64,000 bases of DNA from Callorhinchus milii (taxonomy: Eukaryota): positions 2,604,001-2,668,000 of the forward strand of contig NW_024704758.1 of NCBI RefSeq assembly GCF_018977255.1, written 5' to 3'. Within the stretch, counting starts at the first letter, position 1. Every line of letters starts with the position of its first letter. Below the pieces are notes generated by a model. The model saw only the letters and a program-made list of their open reading frames with translations. It was not told where the DNA came from and searched no databases. The translations under genes and the position numbers were made by a program. This document shows positions 13,301-26,150 of the stretch, piece after piece.

Positions 13301-16073
13301 CTCTTGGGCTGCCTAGCCTACCTAATGAGTCTCAGACCTGTCACTTGTTTCCGTAACCAAAACTTCCCTGCCTGTAAACAGAACAACTCAAAACATATTA
13401 CCCACTATTCCACCTCTTTCACTTTTCATGGTCACTTTCTTACTGAAGGTAAATTCCCTCACCCCTTGTACACATACATAGATACAGTAGAATCTATTTG
13501 TTTGTGGGACATTGCTGTGTGCAATTGGCTGCCGCGTTCGCCCACAAATATACAGTCAATTCACTTTACAGTGTGTTCTGTGAAGCGCTTTGGGACGTCC
13601 TCCCGACATGAAAAGCGCTATATCAAATGCAAGGATTATTATTAGTATTATTAATCAATATTGATTCCACAGGGAAGTGCCCTAACCCTCTACACAACTC
13701 CAGTCCAAAGTTCCATCTTTTTTTGTGTGTGTTTCTAACTCTACCTCCCCTTGTCACAGAGATAGCTCCCATCCTGCACAGGCCGCTTTGCACACAGAGA
13801 TATATGGACAACTTCTGGGCAGCCTTCTACAGCTGCTTGTTTCTCAGCCTTGAGATAGGCAGGTGTCTGAGTCTGTAGCCTTTTCTTTCTATGGTCCATC
13901 GTTCTTACATCTGTGCTCAAGGACCCGATTGCTCATTATCTTTCCCAGGAAAACCTCAGTCCGTCCAGCAAAGCTACTTCTAACCATTTAACTATCAAAC
14001 CTTCTGGAACATTCGGTTGCTGTTTGGTATATACCAATGCATCTTGAGGTGATAGTCAGTATATTTTAACACCCCACGTACCGCAAACAAAGCCCCAGCT
14101 CTGCAGAGTGCCAAAATTTACAGACCAGTTGTTGCTGCTCATAGATTAGGATTGCAAAGCCCCCCTCACCACCGAGGCAGAGCCAGTGAAATGGAACATG
14201 TTTATGCACCACTGTTACATCAAAAGGGCAACCAAGCGTCTGACACGTGCGGAGACCCATTATCCTGCTGAAGAGTATCCAAACCAGACTGAGAAGTTCC
14301 ATATATGCCACCCAAACATTGAAATTTTTATATGTCTGGAACGGAACTCAACTCTCTTCCCCCCGACTGCAACAATAACAACAACTTGTTATTATGGTGG
14401 CCCTCGGGCAGGATAGCGTCCCAGAGCGCTTACGCCACTCGCCTTAATTCCAGAGAGAATCTAAACACCAGGTTGGCAAAAGCGTCTTATCGTGTCGTTG
14501 AGACGTCTCAAAGCGATTCACAGAATATGGTGTTAAATAGATTGACTGTATATTTTGTGGGGCGAAACCCTCCAGCCAATTGCGCACAGCGGAAACAATT
14601 GTGGATTAAGTGACCACATTTTCTATTGAGGGATTATTACCCCTGGAAAGTAATCCACCAATCGACTAACAACTGGGTTCCTACTTACTGCTAGGTAAAC
14701 AGAGACTTGTGGATTAAGGAAACATTTTTTGGAACATTTACACTGTATATAATGGAATATGGCATCTGCAGTACTTATACATCTGAGGGGTTTACCTGGC
14801 AAGTCTTTAATATCAATGCAGCCCAAGAACCTTAAGTAGTGAGAAGCATGGTTTCCAACGATTTGATAATATTTACTGGACAGATCATAAAAACACCCGT
14901 GAACAGTGGTCACTCCAGAAAGTTTAATCAGCATCTCCACAGAGGCATGTGGAGCAAGGAAACTTGCCAACAGTTTCGCCCCACCTGGGATTCGAACCCG
15001 GGTCCTCTCGCTTGTGAGGCATGGGCGCTAACCACTACACTAGTGGAATCCAGAGCGGGACTATATGAGCTCAAAATCTTTGAGGTGGGTATTAAGCTCA
15101 CAACTGTCTGACTCAGGGGCCAGAGTGCTTTTCATTTAATTAGCCCGACACACAAGAGGCCAGACAAGAGGAGCCTGAAACTCATTGCTGTATATAATTA
15201 GCATTTCTTGAAAACCATGTGATTTCTTGAAAAACACGTGATTTCCTGAAAACCATGTAGAGAGTTCAGTTACATGATTTGAATTACAGCTTGGCATTAC
15301 CATGAGATGAATGTCTGTATGGTACAAATGCTAGGGTTATTAAACTCAGGAACTCAGGAGAGAATAACTTTATCGGCCAACCTACTGCCCCCACTCTCCC
15401 TGCCCTCCACCCCTCCTGATCCCAACCCCCTGCTCGGGTCCAAATCCCTGACTGTCCTTGCGACATCCTCCCGACATGAAAGGCGCTGTACAAGTCTAAT
15501 TTATTGTTGTTGGCTGATACCCCAGCACAGCGTTGTGGGAGCATTGACTTGTGAGGAGTGCAGTCAGTCCTTTGGAATGAGACGCTAAAGCCAAGGCCCA
15601 TCTGCCTGTTCAGGCACTGTTCAGATTTGTGGAGCCAGTTTACGATTTCATCGGGGAACACGAGGTGACGGGTCACCGGTAGAAATTCACTTCAGTCTTC
15701 AGATGGTGGAGCAGGATCTTTAACGGCCACTTGAACAGGGGTATACAGTGGAGGGAGGGTGGGTTGGGGGAAGAAGTTTGCGTTCAAATTAAAAAGGCAA
15801 CATAGGCTGACGTGGGCTCGGTGGAATCTGGAGTCTGGAACATTCATTTGAATTTGGGGTTTTGAGCATTCCAGACAGTTAAACGTTATTTTTAAACTTT
15901 TGAAAAATCATCAGTCTTTTAGAATCCGGTCACGGTTTTGATCTCAGCAGGTGCAATGCGGTTGTGGTTGAGTGAGAGATTGAGCGAGCGTTAGTGCGGA
16001 GACAGTGAAAAGACACCACATAGGCTCTGATATACACACTGGAACACAACACGTGGTGCGCTCTGATCTCATC

Positions 16074-18141
16074 ATGAAAGCCTTTACGCAAAATTCGACA
16101 GTACAACAATCACAGCATCAACAACCGCAAATGATGAATGACTCCAGAATGTCCATGGCCACCATGCCAATATATCCAGTCACGCAGCAGCCTGACATGT
16201 TCAACCCAATCTTCACTGCAAAAATTAGGTCCGTAAACGATTACTTCATTTGGTCTGTCTTCAGCCTCCACTTTATGAACTTGTGCTGCCTTGGTTTCAT
16301 TGCTCTAATCTTCTCCGTTAAGGTAACTTTTTCAATTAATATTTCTTCCCCCCTTTCTCCCTCGGCCCCGTGCCCCTCAAAAACAATGATCAGTTACAAT
16401 AAATGATAAATGATACCATAACAATTTGGTGACATTGTCTAAATGGCAGTTTTTCTTTACAATTTACAAGATGTACCCATTGCAGCTTCAGTGATACCAC
16501 TCACAGACCATTTAACATGCCATCAAGTGTGTGTAGACCTTAAGCAAAACTGCCATACATGTGTGTTGAGCTTGTTTGGATACATAGGAGGGGAGACCAG
16601 CCGAGGTGACGCCTAAATTGCGCAGGGGTTCGGAGAATTGGGAGAATTTTAAGGACAAGTCGGATAGGTTGAGAAGGTTGGAACCGTGGGACAGAAGATG
16701 TTGGCGGGAGCCAAAGGAGTATGGCTTCTGTCTTGTTGATGTTTAGCTGCAGGAAATTTGCGCTCATCCAACTTCTGATATCCGACAGACAAGCTGACAG
16801 AACATCAGGGGACTGTGGGTCACAGCTGGAGGTGGCGATTACAACATCGTCCCTGATTCCCCCCCTCCCCATACATTGCGTACATTGTATTCTGTTCAGA
16901 GCGTCCCTTTGAGGGAGTGTAAGGTGAGGTTTTAAAGAGGTGTACTACTTTAACAGACTCCCCACTTCTCAATCCGGGCCTCACTGGTACATTTCACTAC
17001 ATACAGCCAATCTGGCTAGCCAGTCTGAGTTTGTGAACGCACATTCATATATCCAGAACTTGGGGCGTCTGATGACTAACCAGCCAGACTGGCTCATTGG
17101 CAGAAGTTTGAGGGACAGACCAGTGTCTGGTGGAGTCAGTTTTGGAAACGGGGCAGGGGTGGGGTGGGGCGGAATGGGACATTAGTGGTGGTACACTCAT
17201 CTGTTTAACTAGTAGTAAGTAGGAACTCGGTCGTTAGACGATTGGCGTATCACTTTTCCTTCAAAAAAAATAATAAATTGGTCACTCAATCCACGACTGT
17301 TTGTGGGGACGCTGCAGTGCGCAATTGACTGCCGCGTTTCACCCACAAAGTATACAGTCAATTCACTTTTACAGTACTGTATATTCTGTGATGCGCTTTG
17401 AGACATCTCGAAGAGGCGATAAGGCGCTATTTCAAATCTAAGGATAATTTTATTATTATACGGCTCTCTTCCTGAGGCTCACCACTCAGCCTCTCACGAG
17501 GGCATACAAGGCACGAGACAGTGCGGAGAGGGTCGGGGAGAGACATGGAGTGGGCGGTCAAGGCACCACACATACACCTAAAGGCCATCCGCCCCCTATT
17601 ACCTCCTCCCCTGCCCCCTCAGCTCCTGTTAACCCCCGAGCACATCTATCAACAATATGATAAATTGATACCGTGATAATTAGTATATTACAGGGCCATG
17701 ATTTTTACCCCGTCAAACTCACATGTCCCCGAAATTTCATGTCGTCTTTGCCTACGTTTGAAAAGTGGGTTTTCTGCATTCGTTTGAAAAAGGAAACTGC
17801 TCCCAAATTTCAGAATTTTCAGTAGTGTGGTGCCTACAGACTAAAGACTTAGGCGGAATGTAGGGGCTATTGAAAGCTGATGGAAGCTAATCATTCCATG
17901 ACAGCAGTGTTGACGGTTACTCTCCAGGATATGACTACTGTATTTTCCCTTTCTCTCTCAGTCTAGAGATGGCAAGGTACTGGGTGATGTTGAAGCAGCC
18001 AGGAGGCATGGAAAAATGGCCAGAAGTCTGAACATAGCGGCTTTAGTTTGTGGTTCCTTGTTTTTTCTGGTTATATTTGTAACGTTAGGTCTTGGCCTAA
18101 TTAAATTGCAAAATATTAAAAAACATTTCAACAATGATTGA
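16074..18141 (+). CDS. IFITM: IFITM/dispanin gene B, up to 142 aa; exons 16074-16322 and 17962-18141 (start could be ATG 16131 or the Kozak-context ATG at 16164)
   Basis: Exon 1 ends VNDYFIWSVFSLHFMNLCCLGFIALIFSVK|gtaact. Exon 2 reads cag|SRDGKVLGDVEAARRHGKMARSLNIAALVCGSLFFLVIFVTLGLGLIKLQNIKKHFNND*. Phase-0 join. Confidence 0.92.
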
Positions 18142-19569
18142 AGACGACGGAATCACCTATGCACACACGCGCACAACAATAACAGCACTCGCCTCCAATT
18201 ACCGGGCAGGGCGAAAGCTTGGGCAAGCTTCCTTACTCCACACACTCGCCTCTGTTTCCCTAGCAGAAGTAGGTACCCAGTTGTAAGTCGATTGGCGGAT
18301 CTCTTTGCTGGGGGTAATAATTCCTTAAAAAAATTGATCACTCAATCCACGACTGTTTGTGGGACTCTGCTGTGAGCAATTGGCTGCCGCGTTTCGCCCA
18401 CAAAATATACAGTCAAATCGCTTTCAGTACATTCTGTGAAGCGCTTTGAGACGTCTCAAAGACATGATAAGGTGCTATATCAAATGCCAGGATTATTATT
18501 ATAGTATTATTATTAATATCATTACTATTATTTTCAAACCAAACATGACTGCGCTATGTGCAGCTGCTGTTTTGGAACTGAAGGTGCAAGATTTATTACC
18601 GAAATTTACAGAATGGTAAATGGCAACATTTTTTTAACCGTAAAAAAAATTTTCACCAATAGAAAGGCAAATTTGTATCCCCCGGTGTTAGGGCTGGAGT
18701 GACACTAGCTGATCTTTTGTCAGATTTCTCGAGCCCCTTTTCTGGCCCTGTGAGCTCCGAGAAGCTGCACTTGGGCAGTGTGTAAACTGCAAGTTGTTGA
18801 TGTTTTCCAACCAATAAAAGGACCGAAAGCAAAAGACAAATTCCAGCAAGTGGTCAGATAAGCAAAGTGCCATCCACAAAAATTGCCTTCAGAATCGTCA
18901 TTTAAGCAAATTGCCCAGAGATTTTTTTCCCCCCATCTGTGGAAACCAGTTCGAACAGTTGGATCGCCCTCAATGCAGGGGAACGGTCCTCGATGTTTGT
19001 GCTAAATGTGCCTGTGCCATCTCTGAACCTCTGCCCTCTTGTCCTGCTGCTCCCCATTTTATGCATTTGTTTGGTTACCGTAGAATTGAGCGGACACATT
19101 GTTAAATAAAAAATCTCTAACTGAAATGGCGTTTGTTGGTTTATCTTTGTTAGTTCAGTCTGACACATCTAATGGTACTGTAGTGTAGCAGAAACCGCAC
19201 TCATGACACTCATGACACTTTGACACTCATAATTTAATTTCTCCAGCAAACTTGTGCACTGTGTCATTTGCCAATGCTGACCCAGAGATTGAAACCAGAT
19301 GCAAAGTTGTTACTCGCCCTCTCTGTGGATTGTTGATAATAATCTGGTGCAAAGGAAGTGTCTGGTAATGAGAGATTAAAGGAACAGTGACGTGTAATTT
19401 GTTTTGCAAATTACATTGAGAATGAGGAGGTCTTCGGAGCGACGTAGATATGTTTGTGCAATTTTATATAATTCGATTAATCGCTGGGCTTGGGTCAGGT
19501 GTTCTTTCTATGGGTGACTGGTGAGGCCTTCACTACACTCAGCACACACATCACGTGAGTGATGAATGT

Positions 19570-19932
19570 GTGGAGTCCTGCGGTTTAGTGGTTAGTGCAC
19601 TCGCCTCAGAAGCGAGAGACCTGGGTTTGAATCCCGGCAGAACAAAACGTTGGCCTAGTTTCCTTACTCCACACCCCTCTGTTTACCTAGCAGTAAGTAG
19701 GAACCCAGTTGTTAGTCAATTGATGTATCGTTTTTCCAGGGATAATAATTCCTTAAAAACAATTGGTCACTCAATTCACCACTGTTTGTGGGACGCTGCT
19801 GTGTGTAATTGGCTACCACATTTCGCCCACAAAATATACAGTCAATTCACTTTACAGTATATTCTGTGAAGCGCTTTGAGGCGTCTCAAAGATGTGATAA
19901 GGCACTATATTAAATGCAAGAATTATTATTAT
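19570..19932 (+). mobile_element. tRNA-derived SINE, long subfamily, full length
   Basis: Head, internal segment, Deu-like core and (ATT)n tail all present. Confidence 0.88.
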
Positions 19933-20107
19933 AAATATCTTCGCCAAGCTCCACTGGTTCCCACTACTCTGGCATTTCAACTTGAAGATCTCGGTCCAGA
20001 CCATCAAATCCTTTTCACAGCCTCAACCCATCCCAACCTCTGTTATCTCCACGAAAACCCTCCTCCCCTACCCCTGCCCTCCGTATTTCAAATTCAGTTC
20101 TGTCACT

Positions 20108-21275
20108 CAACAACAACAATAATAAGATTACATTTGTATGTTTCATGCCGAGAGGACATCCCAAGGCGCTGGACAGAGTACAGCATTTCAGAACCGAGCT
20201 GGGATCAGGGGGGGGAGAAGAAAAGGGAGGGGAAGGAGGGGTGGCCGATGGCATGGTTGAAGAGGAGGGTCTTGAGGCGGGACTTGAGGGAGGCTAAGGA
20301 GGGGGCGAGGCGGACTGACTGAGGGATGGAATTCCAGACGTTGGGGGCAGAGTGGCTGAAGGCTCTTCCGCCAATGGTGGGGTGGGTGGGTCGGGGGACG
20401 TGGAGCAGGCCGGAGCCGGCTGAGCGGAGGGAACGGGCGGGTTGGTAGGGGTTTAGGAGGTCGCAGGGGTAGGGTGGGACGAGGCCATGGAGGGCTTTGT
20501 AGGTGAGGCCCAGGATCTTGAACTGGATCCTCTGAAGGATAGGGAGCCAGTGGAGTCGGGCGAGAGTGGGGGTGATGGGGTCACGGAGTTTGGTGCGGGA
20601 GAGGACACGGGCTGCAGAGTTCTGGATTATCTGCAGCCTGTGGGGGGAGGAGTTGGGAAGGCCGACAAGCAGATCGTTTGCATAGTCAAACCTGGAGGTG
20701 ATGAAGGCATGAACAAGAGTTTCAGCGGCCTGAGGGGTGAGGCAGTGGCGGAGTCGGGCGATGTTACGGAGGTGAGGGAAGGCAGAGCGGGTGATGGCTT
20801 GAATGTCGGGTAGAAAAGACAGTTGAAGGTCGAACAAGACACCGAGGTTCCTGACTGGTTTGGTGAGTTGTAGTGTGCAACCATGGAGGTTGATGTTACC
20901 AGAGACTGAGGTGCAGAGGCACTGACTTAAGCTAATCAGGAGGGCCTCAGTCTTGTTCACATTCAACTGTAGGAAATTTGTCCTCATCCAGGACTGATGT
21001 CCGACAGACAGTCTGTCAGGACAGCAGTAGTCCTGGAGTTGAGGTTGGAGGCAGAAAGATAGAGTTGGGTGTCATCCCACGTCTGCGGGTGATGTCACCA
21101 AGGGGGACCATGTGGATATTAAAGAGGAGAGGGTCAAGGACAGAGTCCTGAGATGTGACACCAGATGTGACAGTGCGGGGGGTGGAGGAGAAACCGTTAG
21201 TGGCAATAAAGTGGAGACGATGAGAGAGATAGGAATCGAACCAAGCAAGGGCAGGTCCGTGAAGATTGAGTAAAG
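20108..21275 (-). mobile_element. L2-clade LINE 3' portion (RT C-terminus and 3' UTR)
   Basis: ORF 20205-20987 NFLQLNVNKTEALL..RNLGVLFD..AFITSRFDY..IQNSAARVL..LHWLP..GGRAFS..LKTLLF, with a (TTG)n-type tail. Confidence 0.92.
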
Positions 21276-21537
21276 CAGAGAAACGGTCCCTCACTTCTCT
21301 CGGTTTCACCCCAGAATAAACAATTGAAAATGGCTAAGATTTAGACAGGCTGTCCTCTTGAAGTCTCCCAAAATCTCTTTGCATTGCTTCCTCTCTCTCG
21401 TCTTTAAACCCCTCTGGAAGTATATTTATCCTTTCAACAGCACTTCTGGTCTTCTCTGTATTTTCCTGACTGCTCGGTTGGTCCCAATTATCTTTGTCAA
21501 GCACTCTTGAGCTATTTGTTCTAAGTGAAAGGTGCTA

Positions 21538-21703
21538 CAGTAAAACTCACACAGGTCTGATCTGCATAAGTCATATAATTCCCTGAATCGTACGTCAGCC
21601 CGAGTCCTGTTGAATTTCCTATTATTAATAAGTTTCACATATAAACTCATACTTTGCGTAAGTCATATTAAATGTATGGTCCCAACTGATGTGAGGTTTA
21701 TTG
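21538..21703. mobile_element. Tc1/mariner-pogo (Tigger-like) MITE
   Basis: TA|CAGTAAAACTC ... GAGGTTTATTG|TA; internal similarity to copies at 50407 and 61621. Confidence 0.65.
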
Positions 21704-22471
21704 TATATTAGTGCATGAGGCTACCGCTATAGAAATGAATCCCTATTCCCCCTCATCCGGCTCAGATCTTGATTCAAAATCGCAAACAGGTTTTAAAGTT
21801 CAAGTTGAAAACTTCCAACTGTTCCTGCAATTACGTACACACTCAATTGGATGCCTTCCATTATCAGTGCCCAGCCAGTAAACTCAGAGCTAACTTGACT
21901 CCCTCTTCAGTTCTCACTTCCTACAAGAGACGAGCTTTATTTAACAAGTCATTTCAGGAACACACGATATACCGACATACTAACTGGGGTGACCTGAACA
22001 CTCAGTTGGCCCGTGGATCATTTTGTGCCAGTAACTAAGACAACCTCTTCATCCCTTGGGGCTGACCTGCGAGTTGCAACAAAGCGGACTGTAAACTCTG
22101 AGACAAAAAAAATTAACTCACTGAGGAATTTGAGGTTGCTAGGAGACGTAATCCTCGTCCTGTTTCACAGAATGGAAACAAGCAAAAATGGCCCATCCTC
22201 GAAAGAGCGAGATTGGGTTTTCTGTATCATCGTGTGGTTTCACAGCTCACCATCCCTTTCTTTCTCTGTCGGGTAAACATTTGCTCCCCATTTGAAAATC
22301 CATTTTAAAGGGAACAAAAACAATTACAGCTTGACATAACAAGTACGTACACAGTCGTTTCTCTTTAAAGGGATAAAGTTGTCAAAGCCAAGTTTTGCCA
22401 AATGCATCTCTGTATTCCACTCGACAGAACACAAATAGTGCCATGGGATCGTGAACAGACAGATCGGACAT

Positions 22472-22497
22472 AATACTAATAATAATCCTTGCATTTG

Positions 22498-22528
<31 letters not shown>

Positions 22529-22829
22529 CCTTGCATTTGATATAGCGCTTTTCACGTCGGGAGGACGTCCCAAAGCGCTTCACAGAATATACTGTAAAGT
22601 GAATTGAGTGTATATTTGTGGGCGAACGCGGCAGCCAATTGCGCACAGCAATGTCCCACAAACAGTCGTAGATTGAAAATGACCAATTTATTATTGTTTT
22701 GGGTTTTTGGAGGGATTATTATTAGGCGTGTGGAGTAAGGAAACTTGCCCAAGGTTTCGCCCTCTGCCTGGGATTGAACCCAGGTCTCTCACTTCCAAAG
22801 CGAGTGCTCTAACCACTGAGCTACAGGAC
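22472..22829 (-). mobile_element. tRNA-derived SINE, young subfamily, with a duplicated tail
   Basis: Reverse complement of the 1786 copy; AATAATCCTTGCATTTGATA occurs twice. Confidence 0.88.
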
Positions 22830-23707
22830 ACCTGATTTATGCCCCCCCACTTTTTCATCCATCTCGATCTTCCCCCTCATGGAGGCATTAATCATAATAA
22901 TTATCCTTACAAATAATATACAACAACAGCAGCAACAAGATTCCATTTATAGAGCGCCTTTCACGTTGGGAGGACGTCCCAAGGCGCTGAATATAGTGAT
23001 GACAGGATGTCTCAAAAGTGCTTCACTAAATAATAATGTGAAGCGCAATGACTATTTTTTTAGGTAATAATGGTCCACCACATCCTACTCAGAAAGTTTG
23101 CAGATTGGGAAAGCAATGTCTTTTGGTTGCAAATTTTTGAGTACAGCACTATATCGTAATGATCCGGCAGATTTGTGTTTGGGTTCTGATTTGGCAACAG
23201 TTGTGAAATAGCTGCAGGAAAGAGAAAAATCGCAAGCACTTGTGCTGGTAGATTTGAAGAGGAGACATGATGAGAAAGCAAGGCCAACCAAACTGACTGG
23301 CTGGGTGTTACGTTAACGCATTGAGTTTGCTCCAAATAAAAATTGCCTTAGCGCTCATTTTTCCTCATTTTTCTTCGAAGAAGTGTGTTTGGAAAGTCAG
23401 TCGTGTTGGTATGTTTCCAATAGCTTCCATTCTATCCAGCAACCTGTGTTTCACCACAACCCGACACATTCCCTGTCAGTCAATATAAGGCCTTTGCTCA
23501 GCAGCTACAATAAACATTCAATCTTGTTCTGTGTACCCAGTCAGCACGGGGTTAATGAGAGTTCCCCCAATCCACACAAGGATTCCCCCTTTATTGAAGA
23601 CTAGCTTCGCTTGCAACCAGAAGATCCAATATGACAGATTGACACACAGACAGACCTTTCGTCTTTATCTGGGACGGACTCCTGTGGGAGGACTCCTTTA
23701 ATATATT

Positions 23708-24004
23708 TTCTCTTAGTCTCTCGTAGTCTCTCTGACTCTCTCTCGCAGACCCTCTGTCTCTCTTAGTCTCTCTCTCTCTCTGCGTCGCTCTCCCTCACAG
23801 TCTCTCTCCCAGTCTCCCACTCTCTCTCTGTGTCGCTCTCTAAATCTCTCTCTTCTGGTCTGTCTCTCGTCTATCGCTCTCTGACTTTCTGTCTTTCCCA
23901 CAAAACACACAGTCACTGCACGTTATAATATATTCTCTCTCCCAGTCTCTCTCTCTCTCCCAGTTTCTCTTTGAGTCTCTCTCACTATCTCAATCTCTCT
24001 CTCA
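23708..24004. repeat. Degenerate (CT)n/(GTCTCT)n microsatellite
   Basis: Seen directly. Confidence 0.85.
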
Positions 24005-24382
24005 GTCTGTCGGTCTGTCCCATATGGGAGGACTCAAGCTCCCGTAACCAGAAAAATAATACCTCATATTAATTTAAGCATTTTTCAATATAGCTCATCA
24101 ACAATAGGAGATCGCCCCCACTCCCACCCCAAACATGCCCAGGACACTGCCAGATGCAAGACCTTTCCGATGGGGTGTAAATCGTGTCTCTACCTCGATC
24201 GGTTATTGGGTGAGTGTCGGATACACTGACCCACAGACAGACAGACAGACAGACAGACAGATTTTATTAGTATAGATTACGATAATAAACCTTGCATTTG
24301 ATATCGTGCTTTTTATCACATTGCAGCAGCTTTTCCGTGAAGTGTAGTGACTGCTGCNNNNNNNNNNNNNNNNNNNNNNNNN

Positions 24383-24947
24383 TGAATGAGTGTGTGTGAG
24401 TGAATGAGTGTGTGAGAGAGTGAGTGTGTGAGAGAATGTGTGAATGAATGTGTGTTTGAGTGAGTGAGTGGATGAGTGTGTGTGAGAGAGTGAGTGTGTG
24501 AGTGAATGAGTGTGTGAGAGAGTGAGTGTGTGAGAGAATGTGTGAATGAATGTGTGTTTGAGTGAGTGAGTGGATGAGTGTGTGTGTGAGAGAGTGAGTG
24601 TGTGAGTGAATGAGTGTGTGAGAGAGTGAGTGTGTGAGAGAATGTGTGAATGAATGTGTGTTTGAGTGTGTGAGTGAATGAGTGTGTGAGAGAGTGAGTG
24701 TGTGAGAGAATGTGTGAATGAATGTGTGTTTGAGTGAGTGAGTGAGTGGATGAGTGTGTGTGTGAGAGAGTNNNNNNNNNNNNNNNNNNNNNNNNNNNNN
24801 NNNNNNNNNNNNNNNNNNNNNNNNNNNNNNNNNNNNNNNNNNNNNNNNNNNNNNNNNNNNNNNNNNNNNNNNNNNNNNNNNNNNNNNNNNNNNNNNNNNN
24901 NNNNNNNNNNNNNNNNNNNNNNNNNNNGTGTGAGTGAGTGAGTGTGA
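24383..24947. repeat. Compound GAGT/GTGT/GAAT satellite flanked and interrupted by assembly gaps (N 24358-24382, 24772-24927)
   Basis: Higher-order repeats of GTGAGAGAGTGAGTGTGTGAGAGAATGTGTGAATGAATGTGTGTTTGAGT. Confidence 0.9.
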
Positions 24948-26003
24948 ATACGGGGCAGGAATTGTGTTCCCTGTTAAAACCCATTGTGTTCCTGTCCTGT
25001 CCCTCATCAGGTTATTTTGGGGGTTGGCTTTCTTCTCCCCCCCCACCCCACACCCCCCCAACCCCCATACCCCCCCCCCAACCCCCAACCACTTTTCAAA
25101 GCACTTGTAAGTTCATGACCCCAAAGTTTTGGGACCTCCTTTGTACCTCTTTGCTTTTACCCCCCCCCCCCCAACACCCACCCCCACCCCTCCCCCTGTT
25201 CAATGAGACTAATCCACCAGAGGTTTCATCAGGATCCATTTTGTGTTTGTTAGGAGCTTTCTTCATACACCCACAGAGGGACAGATTTTTAAGCGTCGGT
25301 CGCCCTGGAGGCGTATTAAATGTAGACAAATTGATTATAAAGGGTAATAATCGCTTCTGCTGGGTTTCGCCCACAAAATATACAGTTAATTCACTTTACA
25401 GTATATTCCGCGAAGCCCCCTGAGACGTCGCCACGACGTGATAGGGCGATATATCAAATGCAAGGATTGTTATTGTAATCAAAAATATAAATCCTCGCAC
25501 CTGAGACCGACCACACCTTTCGTTGTAGAATGTAGTGACTATTTTGTAGGCCAGTGTGAGAGTCGATCTGCACACAGCAATGTCCCACAAGCAACCATTA
25601 AGTGAATCACCGATATATATATATATAATGCATTTGACCATGAAATACTTGTAAAGTTCTGTGGGATGTCAATGTTATAGGTGCTTTATTAACAGAAGGA
25701 TTTTTCAGTGCGCCGTCAGAAAGTGCATGCCTGTTAGCATAGGATTTCAGAGCAACAGCAAGAAAATACAATGCGGTGTATTTCTTTTACGTGGCCTCAC
25801 TTTTAAAAAAAATTATAATAATAATAATCCTCGCATTTGAGGTGCCTTATCACCTCGTTGAGACGTCGCAAAGCGCTTCACGGGATATAAATTGTAAAGT
25901 GTGTATTTTAGGAGAGGGAGGCACATGTATTGAATTTGAATAATAATTTATGAAATGGATAATAATTTGGGCAAATTAATAATAATAATTTGTATGATTC
26001 TAG

Positions 26004-26150
26004 TCCAGAGATAGAAAAATGGTCGGAGACCCTGAAGGAGCAAAACACTACGCATCTACAGCCAAAGGGTTGAATATTGCAGCAACCACCTTCTCCGTTG
26101 TCATCCTGATCACAGGCATCATTGTGATTCTCATTCAAGTCTCACAATGA
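26004..26150 (+). CDS. IFITM: IFITM terminal exon (gene C), intact; matching exon 1 not found
   Basis: tag|[48 protein letters not shown], strongly similar to exon 2 of gene A and to IFITM3 [31 protein letters not shown] at 27001. Confidence 0.88.
   Translation, partial: [48 protein letters not shown]

Noticed and set aside
21990-22276. PVDHFV (22010) and FSVG|gtaaac (22272) as a degenerate IFITM exon 1 for gene C
   Set aside because: The two weak matches are too far apart and there is no NxCCLG core; not supportable without a sensitive alignment.
24135-24209. Phase-0 mini-exon MPRTLPDARPFRWGVNRVSTSIGYW|gtgagt upstream of the orphan IFITM exon
   Set aside because: No CD225 similarity; a chance ATG and donor pairing is likely.
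24267-25088. His/Thr/Ser-rich ORFs
   Set aside because: Microsatellite and N-gap artefacts.
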